Notes: generated by a model not told the origin, from the letters alone. DNA of 64,000 nucleotides from Nitrospirota bacterium (GCA_963751455.1 CAVVUN010000012.1:288001-352000); one strand, 5' to 3'; positions 38,722 to 49,589 are shown, counted from the stretch's first letter. A program made the numbers and translations.

Positions 38722-39378
38722 ATGATCAATACCATTTCCGAACAACAAGTCGAGATACCTTCAGGCGGGATCGTCCTCGAAGGCGCGCTCGCGCTGCCCT
38801 CGCGGGCCCGCGCCGCCGTTATCTTTGCGCACGGCAGCGGAAGCAGCAGGCACAGCCCGCGAAACAGGTCCGTCGCGGACGTACTGCATCAGGCAGGCAT
38901 CGGCACGCTCCTTTTCGACCTTCTGACACACGCGGAGGACGTTGCCTATGCAAACCGTTTCGACATCGAGTTGCTCACTGAGCGCCTCATTGCCGCAACA
39001 GCCTGGATGCGAAGAGGGAAGTTGACGGGAAGCCTGAAGCTTGGTTACTTCGGGGCAAGCACGGGAAGCGCAGCTGCGCTCAGCGCGGCAGCGGAACTCG
39101 GGGAAGAGATCAAGGCCGTTGTGTCCCGCGGAGGCAGGCCGGACCTTGCCGGTGACGCCCTCGCGCGCGTAAAGGCGCCCGTGCTCCTTATCGTCGGCGG
39201 CAACGACTACCAGGTAATCAACCTTAACCGGCAGGCATATGCCATGATCCATGCTGAAAAAAAACTTGAGATCGTGCCTGGCGCGACGCATCTTTTTGAG
39301 GAACACGGCGCACTCGAGGCAGTTTCCCGAATAGCCGCGAACTGGTTTACGGTGCAGCTTATTGGCAAGAGCGGCTAA
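38722..39378 (+). CDS. Dienelactone-hydrolase-like alpha/beta hydrolase
   Basis: FAHGSGSSRHSPRN, GASTG, VSRGGRPDLA, GATHLFEE. Confidence 0.85.
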   Translation: MINTISEQQVEIPSGGIVLEGALALPSRARAAVIFAHGSGSSRHSPRNRSVADVLHQAGIGTLLFDLLTHAEDVAYANRFDIELLTERLIAATAWMRRGKLTGSLKLGYFGASTGSAAALSAAAELGEEIKAVVSRGGRPDLAGDALARVKAPVLLIVGGNDYQVINLNRQAYAMIHAEKKLEIVPGATHLFEEHGALEAVSRIAANWFTVQLIGKSG

Positions 39379-39447
39379 GGATCGCAATAACATTCTTCCC
39401 GCCGCTCCGGCCTTGCAGTAAATATGTCGCTGTTCGAACCCGTTATT

Positions 39448-40284
39448 TTACGCCTTGATTACGAGCGGATATCTTCCGATCGGCTCGGCATCCGGTTCTC
39501 CGGGGACTTCGAATTTGGCGATTGTCCATTGTCCGCCAAAACCAAGTGCATGGGCAGCGAGTTGCAGATGGGCCATGGCAATTCCACAGTCAAGCAGGTG
39601 GTAGTCCTTGCCCTCTCTGCTCTGGCGTCTCTTTTTGTAAATCAGGACTTCGCTCCCGGTAAAGATAAAAAACCACGGCTGTTTATTCATCCATGACGGC
39701 GCCCAGCGGACTGCTTCGAGAAGGCGCGCAAGCAGCTCCTGGGCAAGGATGCCCGAAGGCAACTGCTCTCCATGGCTCTGCCAGAAAAAAATCTGATCGA
39801 TCGGTTTTCGCGTTGACGAACGGGCCATTGACCTGAGCGCACGGCTCACAAAGGTGGGACCGGCAGGCAGCCCGATCGGAGTGAGTGCAATCACGCGCCA
39901 GGAAGGATCCAGTCCGAGAAAAGAACGGAGCGAGGCCTCCTTGAACATAAGCCCGACCCAGCAGGTGCCGAGCCCCCTGCCGGTGGCGTCGAGGATCATC
40001 TGCTCGAACCGGAACCCTGCGTCTGTAAGATACCCGTCGCTTTCCCGTGAGGCAAGCACGATGTAATGCGGGGCGCGGATAGTCTTCCCGTAATCGCCGA
40101 TTACACCCTTGACCTCTTTGCCCATTTCTTCATGACGGTGAAGATAAAACCTCATTTCTGCGCCAGTGAGCGCCTCTGCCGCTTCTCCTGTTCGGCGGAC
40201 CTCTTCAAGAAGAGTCGCATCTGCAGGCTGCGGTTCATAGCTCCGCACTGCTGTGCGCCGGAAAATGGTTTCCAGAATCTCCAC
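39448..40284 (-). CDS. Two-domain nitroreductase family protein
   Basis: RTAVRSY, GLGTCW, APSWMNKQPW, DCGIAMAH. Confidence 0.85.
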   Translation of the reverse strand: MEILETIFRRTAVRSYEPQPADATLLEEVRRTGEAAEALTGAEMRFYLHRHEEMGKEVKGVIGDYGKTIRAPHYIVLASRESDGYLTDAGFRFEQMILDATGRGLGTCWVGLMFKEASLRSFLGLDPSWRVIALTPIGLPAGPTFVSRALRSMARSSTRKPIDQIFFWQSHGEQLPSGILAQELLARLLEAVRWAPSWMNKQPWFFIFTGSEVLIYKKRRQSREGKDYHLLDCGIAMAHLQLAAHALGFGGQWTIAKFEVPGEPDAEPIGRYPLVIKA

Positions 40285-40332
40285 GTATTTATCCCCGTCT
40301 TCTCAAGAGAGAGGTCACTCGTTCAGCAAGTG

Positions 40333-40812
40333 CTAAAACTGATACCCCGCCTGAAGCAACACGTGACCCGTTGTGTCGCCGCTGCGCCGGCCTATTGCCG
40401 GAGTTATTCCTGCATTCCACCCGCTGCTCTGTATTCCCTTGAAAAGGTATACATACGAAATACCGGCCCCATAGATCGTGTGTGGATCTCGAAGAAAGTC
40501 CTTGAAACCAACCGGGCCGAGATAGACGCCAATGCCGTGGTTATTGCCGGACTTGGACAAGATGTCTGCGCGGATCCAGCCTGCGCCGACTCCGCAGGCG
40601 GCCTCCCAGCCTGAAAAGGAAGTATAACCCATTTCTGTGCAGCCGGCAGCAATGTATTGAAAATCGCTTTCACGCTGTAATCCGGCGTTGACCCCGATGC
40701 CCGCATAGAATGCTCCCAAACCTGCGCCGAAAGACATATCGTTATCGGACGCATTTGCGTGGAGCGAACAAAAAAGCAGCAATATCAAAATACAGGCTGA
40801 TTTTATTTTCAT
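40333..40812 (-). CDS. Hypothetical small outer-membrane beta-barrel protein
   Basis: Signal peptide, Gly/aromatic alternating strands, C-terminal GYQF. Confidence 0.6.
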   Translation of the reverse strand: MKIKSACILILLLFCSLHANASDNDMSFGAGLGAFYAGIGVNAGLQRESDFQYIAAGCTEMGYTSFSGWEAACGVGAGWIRADILSKSGNNHGIGVYLGPVGFKDFLRDPHTIYGAGISYVYLFKGIQSSGWNAGITPAIGRRSGDTTGHVLLQAGYQF

Positions 40813-40954
40813 AACTTACTCCTCTTCCTGCAGAGATCCATGAGAGAGCGCGTGAAACATTGATAGCGCGATTACTTTTAGCATATGTTCGAAAAGGGTG
40901 TCAATACCCAATACCCGGATCATCAGTACTGCCTCCTGAGAGAATACCCGGCCC

Positions 40955-40988
40955 AACAAAAAAGCAGGTCCCCAAGGAACCTGCTTCT
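40955..40988 (-). terminator. Intrinsic terminator downstream of the dsrE-like gene
   Basis: aagcagg..cctgctt stem with A-run on the left (U-tract on minus strand). Confidence 0.7.
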
Positions 40989-41112
40989 TTGCGAATGAAT
41001 CAATATGGCTTAAGCATAATAGAACCGGACATAGTTTACCGCCCGGCTTTAAACCCGCAAAAAGATTTTGCTGTTGCTTTTATCCGTGTTCAGCTGTGGT
41101 TAATAACAAATT

Positions 41113-41586
41113 CTATATGAACAAATTGATCTGCGCGTCCGATGCCGCATCGAGCCACGTCGCTGCGCCGCCGAACTCTACGCCGCTGACAATATCGGAC
41201 TGCTTGTAGCCCATTACATCCATGGTCATCTGGCAGGCGATAAGTTTCACCCCGCTCTCCTTCGCCATATCCAGAAGCTGGCCCACGGTCGCGACCCCGT
41301 GTTTGTTGAACATGGACTTCATCATGCCCGTTGCCATGGCTTCCATGCCCGGCAGGGACGCGATAAGTGTCGGAATCGGCACCGGCATCGGCATTGCCGG
41401 ATTCCCGAGAGGAGACACCTTCAACTTGCCCGTATTATCTTTTTTGATGATTTCAAGCCCGTAAAACGTGAAAAAGATCGTGACATCGACGTCCATGGCT
41501 GCTGCCGTAGTTGCCAGGATAAGCGGAGGATATGCCATGTCGAGCGAGCCCTTGGATGCGATGATCGTCATTTTTTTGTTTGCCAT
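41113..41586 (-). CDS. DsrE2/DrsH-like sulfur-relay family protein
   Basis: KGSLDMAYPPLILATTAAA, IFFTFYGL, IACQMTMD, GGAA. Confidence 0.85.
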   Translation of the reverse strand: MANKKMTIIASKGSLDMAYPPLILATTAAAMDVDVTIFFTFYGLEIIKKDNTGKLKVSPLGNPAMPMPVPIPTLIASLPGMEAMATGMMKSMFNKHGVATVGQLLDMAKESGVKLIACQMTMDVMGYKQSDIVSGVEFGGAATWLDAASDAQINLFI

Positions 41587-41656
41587 GTATTTCTCCTTAA
41601 GTTTTGGCCCTCACCGAAGTTCGTGTGAATGCGGGCGAGGGATCTTTTGTTTGAGC

Positions 41657-42571
41657 CTACAGCTTGCCGCCCGCAGCCTGCGTCAATGCCTTCCGGATGG
41701 CCTCCGGACTCTTCATGATGTTCATGAAGCTGTTTTTCCCCATCATGGACAGGTCAGGAAAACTGATTGCTATGCGAAACCGGGCGTAGAGCGCATACAC
41801 TTTGTTGCCCGACACGAGTATTTCATACGGCAGATGAGCGGTGGACCGCAGTTCCTTGAAATCGATTTCGCTCATAATGAACTTGTCATCCCTGTACTTG
41901 TCCGCGTCCGTCGCGCCTTTCATCCCAACGCCGAACACTGCCTCTTTCTTTTCCGGAATGTCGATCCGGTAAATCCGCGTTACACCGCCCCGTCCCTGGG
42001 ATAGCCCGGTCTCAACAGCGGCGGCTGCCTCCTCGAAACTGCCGTATTCCGCAAGAACGCTCGGTTCGTCGAAATATTCCATGCCGAGCATGTAGTGATA
42101 GGAACGAAGTTTTTTAGCGGTCAGGCCCTTTGCGCCGAATTCCTCTTTTTTCCCGAGCGCAACAGCAAGCCGCGCTGCAACGCCTTCGAGGCGGGCCTGC
42201 ATTCTGTATGCATGGGCCATGTATATGGGGTTCGTATACGCCACCTGCACTTCGTCGTTCACCTTCGTGACCGACACCCGTACCGCTGCGCCGAATCCGC
42301 CATGCTCCGATCTGGCGGCATTGTTCTTCAATTCGTCGTCGGTTGCGACAATTACGACCGCTTCCGGGTACGGCGCATATTCTCCTGCTATCGTGAACCC
42401 CTGCGCGGTCAGAGCGGCTTTGACCAGAGAGACGTGCTCGCCGACCGTACCACGATTACGGGACCCGAGAACAAACGGCTTCAGAAGTGTTTCGTCGGCA
42501 GCGGACGCGCTTACGAAGCAGATCGTAAGAAGCGACATTGCGGCGAGCAATTTTCTCCATGATGTTTTCAT
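41657..42571 (-). CDS. Exported hypothetical protein
   Basis: Signal peptide; GGAGG RBS; LRSYHYMLGMEYF and AHLPYEILV..RFRIAISFPDL segments; co-oriented with neighbours. Confidence 0.7.
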   Translation of the reverse strand: MKTSWRKLLAAMSLLTICFVSASAADETLLKPFVLGSRNRGTVGEHVSLVKAALTAQGFTIAGEYAPYPEAVVIVATDDELKNNAARSEHGGFGAAVRVSVTKVNDEVQVAYTNPIYMAHAYRMQARLEGVAARLAVALGKKEEFGAKGLTAKKLRSYHYMLGMEYFDEPSVLAEYGSFEEAAAAVETGLSQGRGGVTRIYRIDIPEKKEAVFGVGMKGATDADKYRDDKFIMSEIDFKELRSTAHLPYEILVSGNKVYALYARFRIAISFPDLSMMGKNSFMNIMKSPEAIRKALTQAAGGKL

Positions 42572-42587
42572 AGTCCCTCCCTTTTCA

Positions 42588-42625
42588 GAACAAAAAGGGC
42601 TACTTATGCATAGCCCTTTTTGTTC
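42588..42625. terminator. Bidirectional-type intrinsic terminator after the FadL-like gene
   Basis: gaacaaaaagggcta-cttatgca-tagccctttttgttc perfect inverted repeat. Confidence 0.8.
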
Positions 42626-42650
42626 GTTTCATCGTATAAAAACAAACCTG

Positions 42651-44129
42651 CTAAAACCGGTAGCTGTACATCACCTGTCCATTCGTCTGGCTGTGGCCCA
42701 CGACGACACCCTGGCCGTTGGCTACTTTCACCTCCGGAGCATACGTTACGGAGGCATCCACGCTCGACACCGTGCTCATCATGTATCCCGCGCCGATCAT
42801 ATAGTGGTTCTTTATGATTGCCGGGAAGAGCGGATTCATATAGTAGTCGGGAATGGGGTTTTTCGACAGGTTCGCTCCGACACGCAGCGTAAGATCGTTC
42901 GTTGCTTTATACCCTGCTCCGAGCATGAACACATTTTGATCCTTCCAGTTTTGGAACATCGTTGCATTCAACTCGGTGCCGGCAAAGCCGCCGGCGAGGC
43001 CGGGCTGCGTCGAGTCAGCAGTGAAGGTCATTTTGAAGTCCTTCATAACATCTTTCCAGTTAATCCACTTATAGTCGAATACGAGCATCAGTTTGTCGGT
43101 CGCCTGATAGGCAGTCCCCACACCGAGCATCTGCGGCCACTGGAAATCCTTGACTTTGATGTTCCCGCGTAAGGGAATGGTCATGGGTGCATAGGTGCCG
43201 CTCGGAGCTCCTCCCGCCGCAACACCTGTGTCGACGTTGGCGTTAAAGGTTACATTCGCGCCTGTGGCCTCAAGATCCCCCAAAGATGTCTTGCTGTGAT
43301 ATGCCGCGCCCACAGTAAGCGTGTCGCTTACCTTATAGACGCCGCCGATCTTCGCTGCAAAGCCGTTCCCTTTTGCCTTGCCGGTAAAATCGCTTGCATC
43401 GGAGAAATCAAAGCGGCCCCAGTTCACCGGATTGGCCGGATTAATCGTTCCGGCCGGCACCGCTCCTCCGCCGAACACAAAGCTTCCGAAGGTGTCCATC
43501 ATGCTGCCCGAAACAGTCCCGTAAGTCTGCGTCGAACCCGGAAAAGCGGCCATATCCAGAAATTGGGCCCCGGAAAGCGCCATCTTCAAATCCATGCTTG
43601 CCCAGACAAAATCAAGAGATCCGCCGATGCTTAAATTCTTGTTTACTTCATATGCAACCGGGAACAGGGCGCGTCCTACTCCGACTTCCGAGCGCACCTT
43701 TTCTCCTGAACCGGCAGCGAGGAACGAATTCGCATCATACTCATACTCGGTGCCCATGCCGCCCTGTGAGAATATGCCGACCCCGTAGGTGAACAGGCCG
43801 GACTTCCTCGCCCATCCCAGCGCCGGCATATAATAGGCATCACCGGATGATTTATCATCGGGCATTCCCGACATTTTTACCGTGATATCGGGACCGAGCA
43901 GGCCTACCGCAAGATCGAACCGATTCCCTTGCGGCATCAGACCGAGCGTCGCCGGATTGTTCATGACCGCGGCTGCGCCGTTGTCATAGGCCATTGAAGC
44001 ACCGCCCATGCCGGTCGCTATCGGGCCGTAGCCCTCAAGGTTCATGCCGTTTGTAGCGAAAGCCGGGACTGAAGCCACTGCAAATACAACGCTCAAACAC
44101 AACAGATACAATAAGAAACTCTTTTTCAT
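42651..44129 (-). CDS. OmpP1/FadL/TodX family outer-membrane channel
   Basis: Signal peptide, TNG..GMGGA..A...NNPA hatch motif, C-terminal YRF. Confidence 0.88.
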   Translation of the reverse strand: MKKSFLLYLLCLSVVFAVASVPAFATNGMNLEGYGPIATGMGGASMAYDNGAAAVMNNPATLGLMPQGNRFDLAVGLLGPDITVKMSGMPDDKSSGDAYYMPALGWARKSGLFTYGVGIFSQGGMGTEYEYDANSFLAAGSGEKVRSEVGVGRALFPVAYEVNKNLSIGGSLDFVWASMDLKMALSGAQFLDMAAFPGSTQTYGTVSGSMMDTFGSFVFGGGAVPAGTINPANPVNWGRFDFSDASDFTGKAKGNGFAAKIGGVYKVSDTLTVGAAYHSKTSLGDLEATGANVTFNANVDTGVAAGGAPSGTYAPMTIPLRGNIKVKDFQWPQMLGVGTAYQATDKLMLVFDYKWINWKDVMKDFKMTFTADSTQPGLAGGFAGTELNATMFQNWKDQNVFMLGAGYKATNDLTLRVGANLSKNPIPDYYMNPLFPAIIKNHYMIGAGYMMSTVSSVDASVTYAPEVKVANGQGVVVGHSQTNGQVMYSYRF

Positions 44130-44345
44130 ATACTCCTCCTTTCCCCCTCCTCTTGATTTAAAAGTTTCGATAGTCCTATAGTTATAGACTTAACCGTATC
44201 ACTATATTCTAAACTTTGCAAGTAAATAATATGCGTACATACTAAACTACGCATTATCAGAACAATTAATAATTACAATATGATATGCTTAATAACGTCT
44301 TCACATAATAGCGAGTTCATACAATACAACAGGAGCTGACATTTC

Positions 44346-45380
44346 ATGAAACTCCACTTCAACAAGACAAACGGCCCACTGGATGAAGCTATCGACAGAT
44401 TGATAGACCTCTCGGGCGACATCCGACAGCCCGAATACGTCCGGGAAATGATACTGAGCGCTCTGAAGGCCGGCCAGGAGCAGAACGGCGACACCGGGGG
44501 GCTCAAACTGATGAACACCACGCTTAAGGAGATGCGGTTCACATCGAAGATATTTGCGCCCTACCGGAACGTCCGCAAGGTCACTGTCTTCGGCTCTGCC
44601 CGCATTCCTCCGGGCGAAGCGGTCTACGAGATGGCAAAACATTTCGGGAGGAAGCTGGCTGAAGAGGGCTATATGGTAATTACCGGCGGCGGGGGTGGCA
44701 TCATGCATGCCGCGCATGAAGGGGCCGGGTCCGAACACTCCTTCGGCGTGAACATCCGTCTGCCGTTCGAACAGAAGCCGAACCCGGTCATCGAAGGGAA
44801 CCCTCGCCTCATTATGTATAAATACTTTTTCAACAGGAAGGTCGCGTTCCTGAAAGAAGCCGACGCGGTCGCCCTTTTCCCCGGAGGATTCGGCACACTG
44901 GATGAAGCGATGGAAACCCTGACGCTCGTTCAGACCGGCAAACGGAATCCGCTTCCCCTTGTCCTTGTAGACAGCCCCTCCGGTTCCTATTGGTCCCATT
45001 TGATCGGCTTTATGAAAGCGGAGCTGTTCGCGCGCAAATATATCGGCGAGAGCGACTTCTCGCTGTTTGAAACGGTTACCTCCGTTGATGAAGCTGTTGC
45101 AATCATCAAGCGGTTTTACCGCCGCTACCACAGTCTTCGCTATGTGAACGGACAGCTTGTCGTGCGCCTGAGTTCAGAACTCGGCCCTGATGCGCTCAGG
45201 GAATTGAAGCACGCGTTTCAGGACATCCTGCTGCCTCATGGAGATATCGTCCCGACTGCGGCCTTGCCGCCGGAAGTAGAAGATAATGATTTTGTCGAAC
45301 TGCCCAGGCTGGCTATGGATTTCAACAGAAGGGATTTCGGGCGGCTGAAAAACTTTATCGATGCCGTAAACTCATTTTGA
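44346..45380 (+). CDS. LOG family (TIGR00730-like) nucleotide phosphoribohydrolase, extended form
   Basis: VFGSAR, ITGGGGGIM, YFFNRK, PGGFGTLDE. Confidence 0.88.
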   Translation: MKLHFNKTNGPLDEAIDRLIDLSGDIRQPEYVREMILSALKAGQEQNGDTGGLKLMNTTLKEMRFTSKIFAPYRNVRKVTVFGSARIPPGEAVYEMAKHFGRKLAEEGYMVITGGGGGIMHAAHEGAGSEHSFGVNIRLPFEQKPNPVIEGNPRLIMYKYFFNRKVAFLKEADAVALFPGGFGTLDEAMETLTLVQTGKRNPLPLVLVDSPSGSYWSHLIGFMKAELFARKYIGESDFSLFETVTSVDEAVAIIKRFYRRYHSLRYVNGQLVVRLSSELGPDALRELKHAFQDILLPHGDIVPTAALPPEVEDNDFVELPRLAMDFNRRDFGRLKNFIDAVNSF

Positions 45381-45641
45381 CCATTCGTTTTTGTATGTAA
45401 TAAAATGCCACTTAGTTAAACTTTTATAAACGTACCACGCCCTGTCTCTTGACAATGCCTTTCCGAGTGATACCTTTATTATATGGCCTTTGGACATACT
45501 TGACAAAAATAAACGATTGCTGCGTTACATTAGTTTCAGAACGATATTAATTTTGTTACGTAGCCGGGGACTGAAGCTTATTAGTGAGGCTCCGGACAAA
45601 CTTCGTCCCGAGGACAGCAGATCGTTAAAGCGGAGGAAGAA

Positions 45642-46232
45642 ATGGCGGAACTTCGGGTTTCAGCATTGCTGCTTGCTGCAGGGTGGTCGGGCGAAACACG
45701 CACCGCAAAGCAGCGTCTTCGCGGGCAGAGAACCGCAATACGACAGCGTCTCGATTCTATAATGGCTGCAGGAATACGGGATACCGTTGTGGTCCTCAAC
45801 CGGGAGGCAGCCGGGTGCAGCAAGGACTTCCGGGGACTGCCCGTGCGTTTCGCGGTAGAAACCTCTGATGGATCCGAACTGACTGAATCCGTCAGGGCCG
45901 GGCTTCGCTGTCTCGGCGATTCCCCCACAGGCGTTCTTCTGTGCCGCATGGACCAGCCGCCCGCTTCTGCTGCCACAATGAGGAAACTCGCTCTTGACCA
46001 CTACTCTTTCTGCGGAAAAGTCATAATTCCGGTTTATCAGGGACAGCCCGGACATCCCGCCTTATTTCCCCGCCAGATCATCATTGAAACTCTTTCGGGC
46101 TTAAGTCTGCAAGATGTAATAAGGAAGGATTCGAGAAGGCTGCGGATGATCAGCTTGCCGGACGAAGCGGCGCTTTTCGACAGGGACATCCGTGAGGACT
46201 ATGAAAAGATGACGAAAAGAATTATGGCATAA
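45642..46232 (+). CDS. MocA/YgfJ-like nucleotidyltransferase family protein (degenerate motifs)
   Basis: LLAAG, DQP, GHPALF, D.DxxEDY; usual S.RMG..K motif altered. Confidence 0.7.
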   Translation: MAELRVSALLLAAGWSGETRTAKQRLRGQRTAIRQRLDSIMAAGIRDTVVVLNREAAGCSKDFRGLPVRFAVETSDGSELTESVRAGLRCLGDSPTGVLLCRMDQPPASAATMRKLALDHYSFCGKVIIPVYQGQPGHPALFPRQIIIETLSGLSLQDVIRKDSRRLRMISLPDEAALFDRDIREDYEKMTKRIMA

Positions 46233-46328
46233 TTTCGTTTCATGGGTCAGCAGGCCTGATCATGAACCCGAAAGGCTGTCAGGAAGTTCAAGATCATTTT
46301 TTTCCGCGGTCCTAGCCGAAAAACCATT

Positions 46329-46553
46329 CTATTTACAACCGCTGCAGGATGAGGATGAGCAGCTGCCGCAGCCAGAACTCCCGGATGCACCCTCCGATGA
46401 CCCGCCTGACGATCTTCCCATTCCGAAACGCGACATGCGCTTTTCAGTCTTCGGAGAACCGCATTTTTCGCAGAGGACTTCGGCCTTCGATCCGAAGACC
46501 AGTTTCTCGAAATCGGCTCGGCAGTTATGGCAATGATATTCGTAAATAGGCAT
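46329..46553 (-). CDS. FmdB-family zinc ribbon protein
   Basis: MPIYEYHCHNC...CEKCGS, Cys/Gly/Ser-rich tail. Confidence 0.9.
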   Translation of the reverse strand: MPIYEYHCHNCRADFEKLVFGSKAEVLCEKCGSPKTEKRMSRFGMGRSSGGSSEGASGSSGCGSCSSSSCSGCK

Positions 46554-46666
46554 GATTTTAGATCACGATAGAACCGATGGACGACCGTTCGCTTCGCTCA
46601 CTGGGAGGAGGGACGAATGAATCCTGCTTTTTCATCCCTCGTCCCTCGCCCCTCGGCTTCTCAGAT

Positions 46667-47314
46667 TTACTTCTTCTCCAGCTTCTTCCAGTCCGACAAG
46701 AACTTCTCGATCCCGATGTCGGTAAGCGGGTGCTTGAGCAGCTGGTCGATCACGCCGAACGGGATCGTGGCAATGTGTGCTCCCGCGAGGGCAGCATCCA
46801 CCACGTGGAGCGGGTTGCGGACACTGGCGACGATCACTTCAGTCGGGTAGCCGTAATTATCGAATATCGTCACAACCTGGCGCACGAGGTCCATTCCGTA
46901 GTGGCTGATGTCATCGAGCCTTCCGACAAAGGGGCTTACATATGCGGCGCCGACCTTGGCGGCGAGCAGGGCCTGCATCGGCGAAAATACGAGCGTCACG
47001 TTCACCTTGATTCCCTTTTCCGCAAGGACTTTCGTGGCCTTGAGGCCGTCCTTGGTCATCGGAAGCTTCACCACGATGTTCTTGTGGATCTTCGCGAGAT
47101 CCATGCCCTCGGCCACCATCTTGTCCGCCTCGAGGCTGACTGCCTCGGCGCTGATCGGGCCGTCAACGATTGAGCAGATTTCCGCGATTACCTGCTTGAA
47201 ATCTCTGCCCTCTTTGGCTATAAGCGACGGATTGGTGGTCACCCCGTCGACCACTCCGATGCTTGCAGCCTCCCGGATCTCTTTTACGTTTGCCGTGTCG
47301 ATAAAAAATTTCAT
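46667..47314 (-). CDS. tal: Transaldolase (small Fsa/TalC type)
   Basis: [35 protein letters not shown]. Confidence 0.92.
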   Translation of the reverse strand: MKFFIDTANVKEIREAASIGVVDGVTTNPSLIAKEGRDFKQVIAEICSIVDGPISAEAVSLEADKMVAEGMDLAKIHKNIVVKLPMTKDGLKATKVLAEKGIKVNVTLVFSPMQALLAAKVGAAYVSPFVGRLDDISHYGMDLVRQVVTIFDNYGYPTEVIVASVRNPLHVVDAALAGAHIATIPFGVIDQLLKHPLTDIGIEKFLSDWKKLEKK

Positions 47315-47427
47315 GCTTTATCCTTTCAATAAGTAAAATGATGCATTGCTCAGAGATTCAAGATGCATGATCCATGATGCAGGATATCGTTGCGGTCTTT
47401 TATCGTGCATCCTGCATCGTGCATCGT

Positions 47428-48648
47428 TTATTCTTTGGCATTGCAGATGGCTTCTTCCAGGATCTGGATGGGGTGAACAACCCTTACATCGGATCCCGCC
47501 CGTCTCAGCCCTTCCCCTATCTGCATTCTGCAGCCCGGGCATCCCGTAGCGACCACCGCTGCACCCGTTCTTATGATGCTTTTTGCCTTTTCTTCCGCCA
47601 TGCTGTCTGAGAGCTCCGGGTGGCTCACGCGCATGACTCCTCCAAAACCACAGCAGCGGTCCGCGTTATCCATCTCAATGAGCGTGAGCCCCGGCACTTT
47701 GCGCAGCACGTCCCTGACTACCGATGACAGACCCTGGCCCCTGCCGAGATGGCACGGCTCGTGGAGAGTGATGTTTCCGTGGATGGGACCGAGGGTGAGT
47801 TTTACAAGCTCGGATGAAAGGAATTCATGGATGTCGAGCACCGGGATCGTCTTCGTATGCGCGAGCAGTTTAGGATATTCCCTCTTAAAAGTCAAGCCGC
47901 AGGAGGCGCATGCCGTAACAACCACATCAGCGCCCAACCGCGAAAAAACTGCATTGTTCCAGGCGGCGACTTCTTCGGCGCCCCTCCGGTCGCCCAGCGA
48001 AAGCAGCGGTCTGCCGCAGCACTTGAGCTCATCGGGAACGACGACTTCGTAGCCCGCGGCGTTGAGAACCGAAATCGCCGACTCCCCTATATCGGTTTGA
48101 AAGTAATTTATCGCGCAGCCCGGGAAAAAAGCCGCTGTACCTCCGGGTATTTTTTTCCCTTCGCATTCAGATGTTCTCGGATTCTGAACTTTGAACTGTG
48201 AACGCAGTTGCCCTCCTGTTTCATACTTCGAATAATGAAGCGCTATCGGTGCGAGCCATGCGGCCGCCCGGAACAGAGCCGGGCGCTTTACGATTCCGGA
48301 GAGCAGGCTTCCGATGATTCCCGGCCCGCATTCCGCGATCGCCTGTTCTTTCGCGGCCTGGATAATCTCGGTTACCTTAACGCCCCCCGGACAGGAATCT
48401 TCGCAGGCCAGGCAGGTCGTGCATGTTGCGAGCCTGTCCCTGAAAATTTCCGAAACAGCCAGCCGACCGTCGAGCACAGCCTTGACCAGGGCTATGCGCC
48501 CGCGGGCAGAGAGCGATTCCTCCCGCGAGGCCAGGAATGAAGGACACACGGAGCGGCACGTGCCGCACTTGACGCAGCGCTCAATGTCGGCGCGGTATTC
48601 GTGGAACTGCGATAGGGTAATGACCGGGAAATGAGAGGCCTGTTTCAT
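47428..48648 (-). CDS. GlcF-like Fe-S oxidoreductase subunit (2x4Fe-4S plus two CCG domains)
   Basis: CVKCGTCRSVCP, CTTCLACEDSCP, CCG twice; start MKQ overlaps upstream stop (ATGA). Confidence 0.88.
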   Translation of the reverse strand: MKQASHFPVITLSQFHEYRADIERCVKCGTCRSVCPSFLASREESLSARGRIALVKAVLDGRLAVSEIFRDRLATCTTCLACEDSCPGGVKVTEIIQAAKEQAIAECGPGIIGSLLSGIVKRPALFRAAAWLAPIALHYSKYETGGQLRSQFKVQNPRTSECEGKKIPGGTAAFFPGCAINYFQTDIGESAISVLNAAGYEVVVPDELKCCGRPLLSLGDRRGAEEVAAWNNAVFSRLGADVVVTACASCGLTFKREYPKLLAHTKTIPVLDIHEFLSSELVKLTLGPIHGNITLHEPCHLGRGQGLSSVVRDVLRKVPGLTLIEMDNADRCCGFGGVMRVSHPELSDSMAEEKAKSIIRTGAAVVATGCPGCRMQIGEGLRRAGSDVRVVHPIQILEEAICNAKE

Positions 48649-49328
48649 GGCAGAATAGTCACCGGCGTGCCAAGGGTCACGACTTCGTAGATTTCGTCGA
48701 CGTCCGCGTTCGATAGAGCGATGCAGCCGTCGGTCCAGTTGATAGTAGAATAGTAGTGGGGCGCGACGGACGGATCGAGCATGCGGCCGTGGATGCCGAT
48801 CGCCCCGCCGATGCGTGTGCCCCACGGCGGCAGCTGACGCTCTTCGATTGCTTTTTTAATCAATGCGTATTCGCCGGGCGTTATCAATTTGTTCTGAAGA
48901 CCGTATTCGGCGTGCTTGAGGCCGGGATAGCTCAGGCCCATGAATTTGTAGAACCGCTTGCTGTGATTCATACTGCAGATATAGAACTCGCCTTCAGGCG
49001 TCCTCTTGTCTCCTGCCCTTTGCTTGTCGCCGTCACGGAAACCCTTGCCGAATGCCGACCGGTAGGTCTTGACCGGCGTTTCCCCCTTATAGAGCGTCAA
49101 GGTATACTGCGACTTCCAGATTACAAGACTGACTGGCCCGCTTCCCGCTGAGACGAGTGTGGCGAAGGTGGACGGCTTTTGTACGGGGGTATCCGGCAGA
49201 GGCGACAGACAGACAACCAGCAGCAAGGAAGCGAGGAGCCTGAGGGCTATAAATATATGTGAGTGAATGCACGCCATTGTTCCATCGACGTTCAGCGAAC
49301 GTTTCGTTCTTCGTACCGCTGAGCGCAT
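48645..49328 (-). CDS. L,D-transpeptidase (YkuD) family protein
   Basis: GDKRTPEG, LSYP, IGIHG, WTDGCIAL; start uncertain. Confidence 0.85.
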   Translation of the reverse strand: MRSAVRRTKRSLNVDGTMACIHSHIFIALRLLASLLLVVCLSPLPDTPVQKPSTFATLVSAGSGPVSLVIWKSQYTLTLYKGETPVKTYRSAFGKGFRDGDKQRAGDKRTPEGEFYICSMNHSKRFYKFMGLSYPGLKHAEYGLQNKLITPGEYALIKKAIEERQLPPWGTRIGGAIGIHGRMLDPSVAPHYYSTINWTDGCIALSNADVDEIYEVVTLGTPVTILP

Positions 49329-49552
49329 GCCTCACTGCAAAAGGAATGGACTTTGCCTCGTACCCTCCGGTTTATTGCCCGGTCCTTGACGACGTAGGTA
49401 CGGCACTCGGGGTCGAGCACCATTTCTTCGCCCTTGATCCGCGCCGGGCCCCGATCCTTTTCATGGTACGACTTCATGGCCGAAACGACAACCGTTTTGA
49501 CCGCATAATAAATGAAGACAACGGCGATGAATATAACAAGATTTCTCATCAT
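49292..49552 (-). CDS. Small membrane-anchored YHS/TRASH-domain protein
   Basis: TM helix, DPECRTY, FCSEAC. Confidence 0.8.
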   Translation of the reverse strand: MMRNLVIFIAVVFIYYAVKTVVVSAMKSYHEKDRGPARIKGEEMVLDPECRTYVVKDRAINRRVRGKVHSFCSEACAQRYEERNVR

Positions 49553-49589
49553 TTCCTTTTAGTCCCGGTTCTCGCCGGAGGCGCATTTC

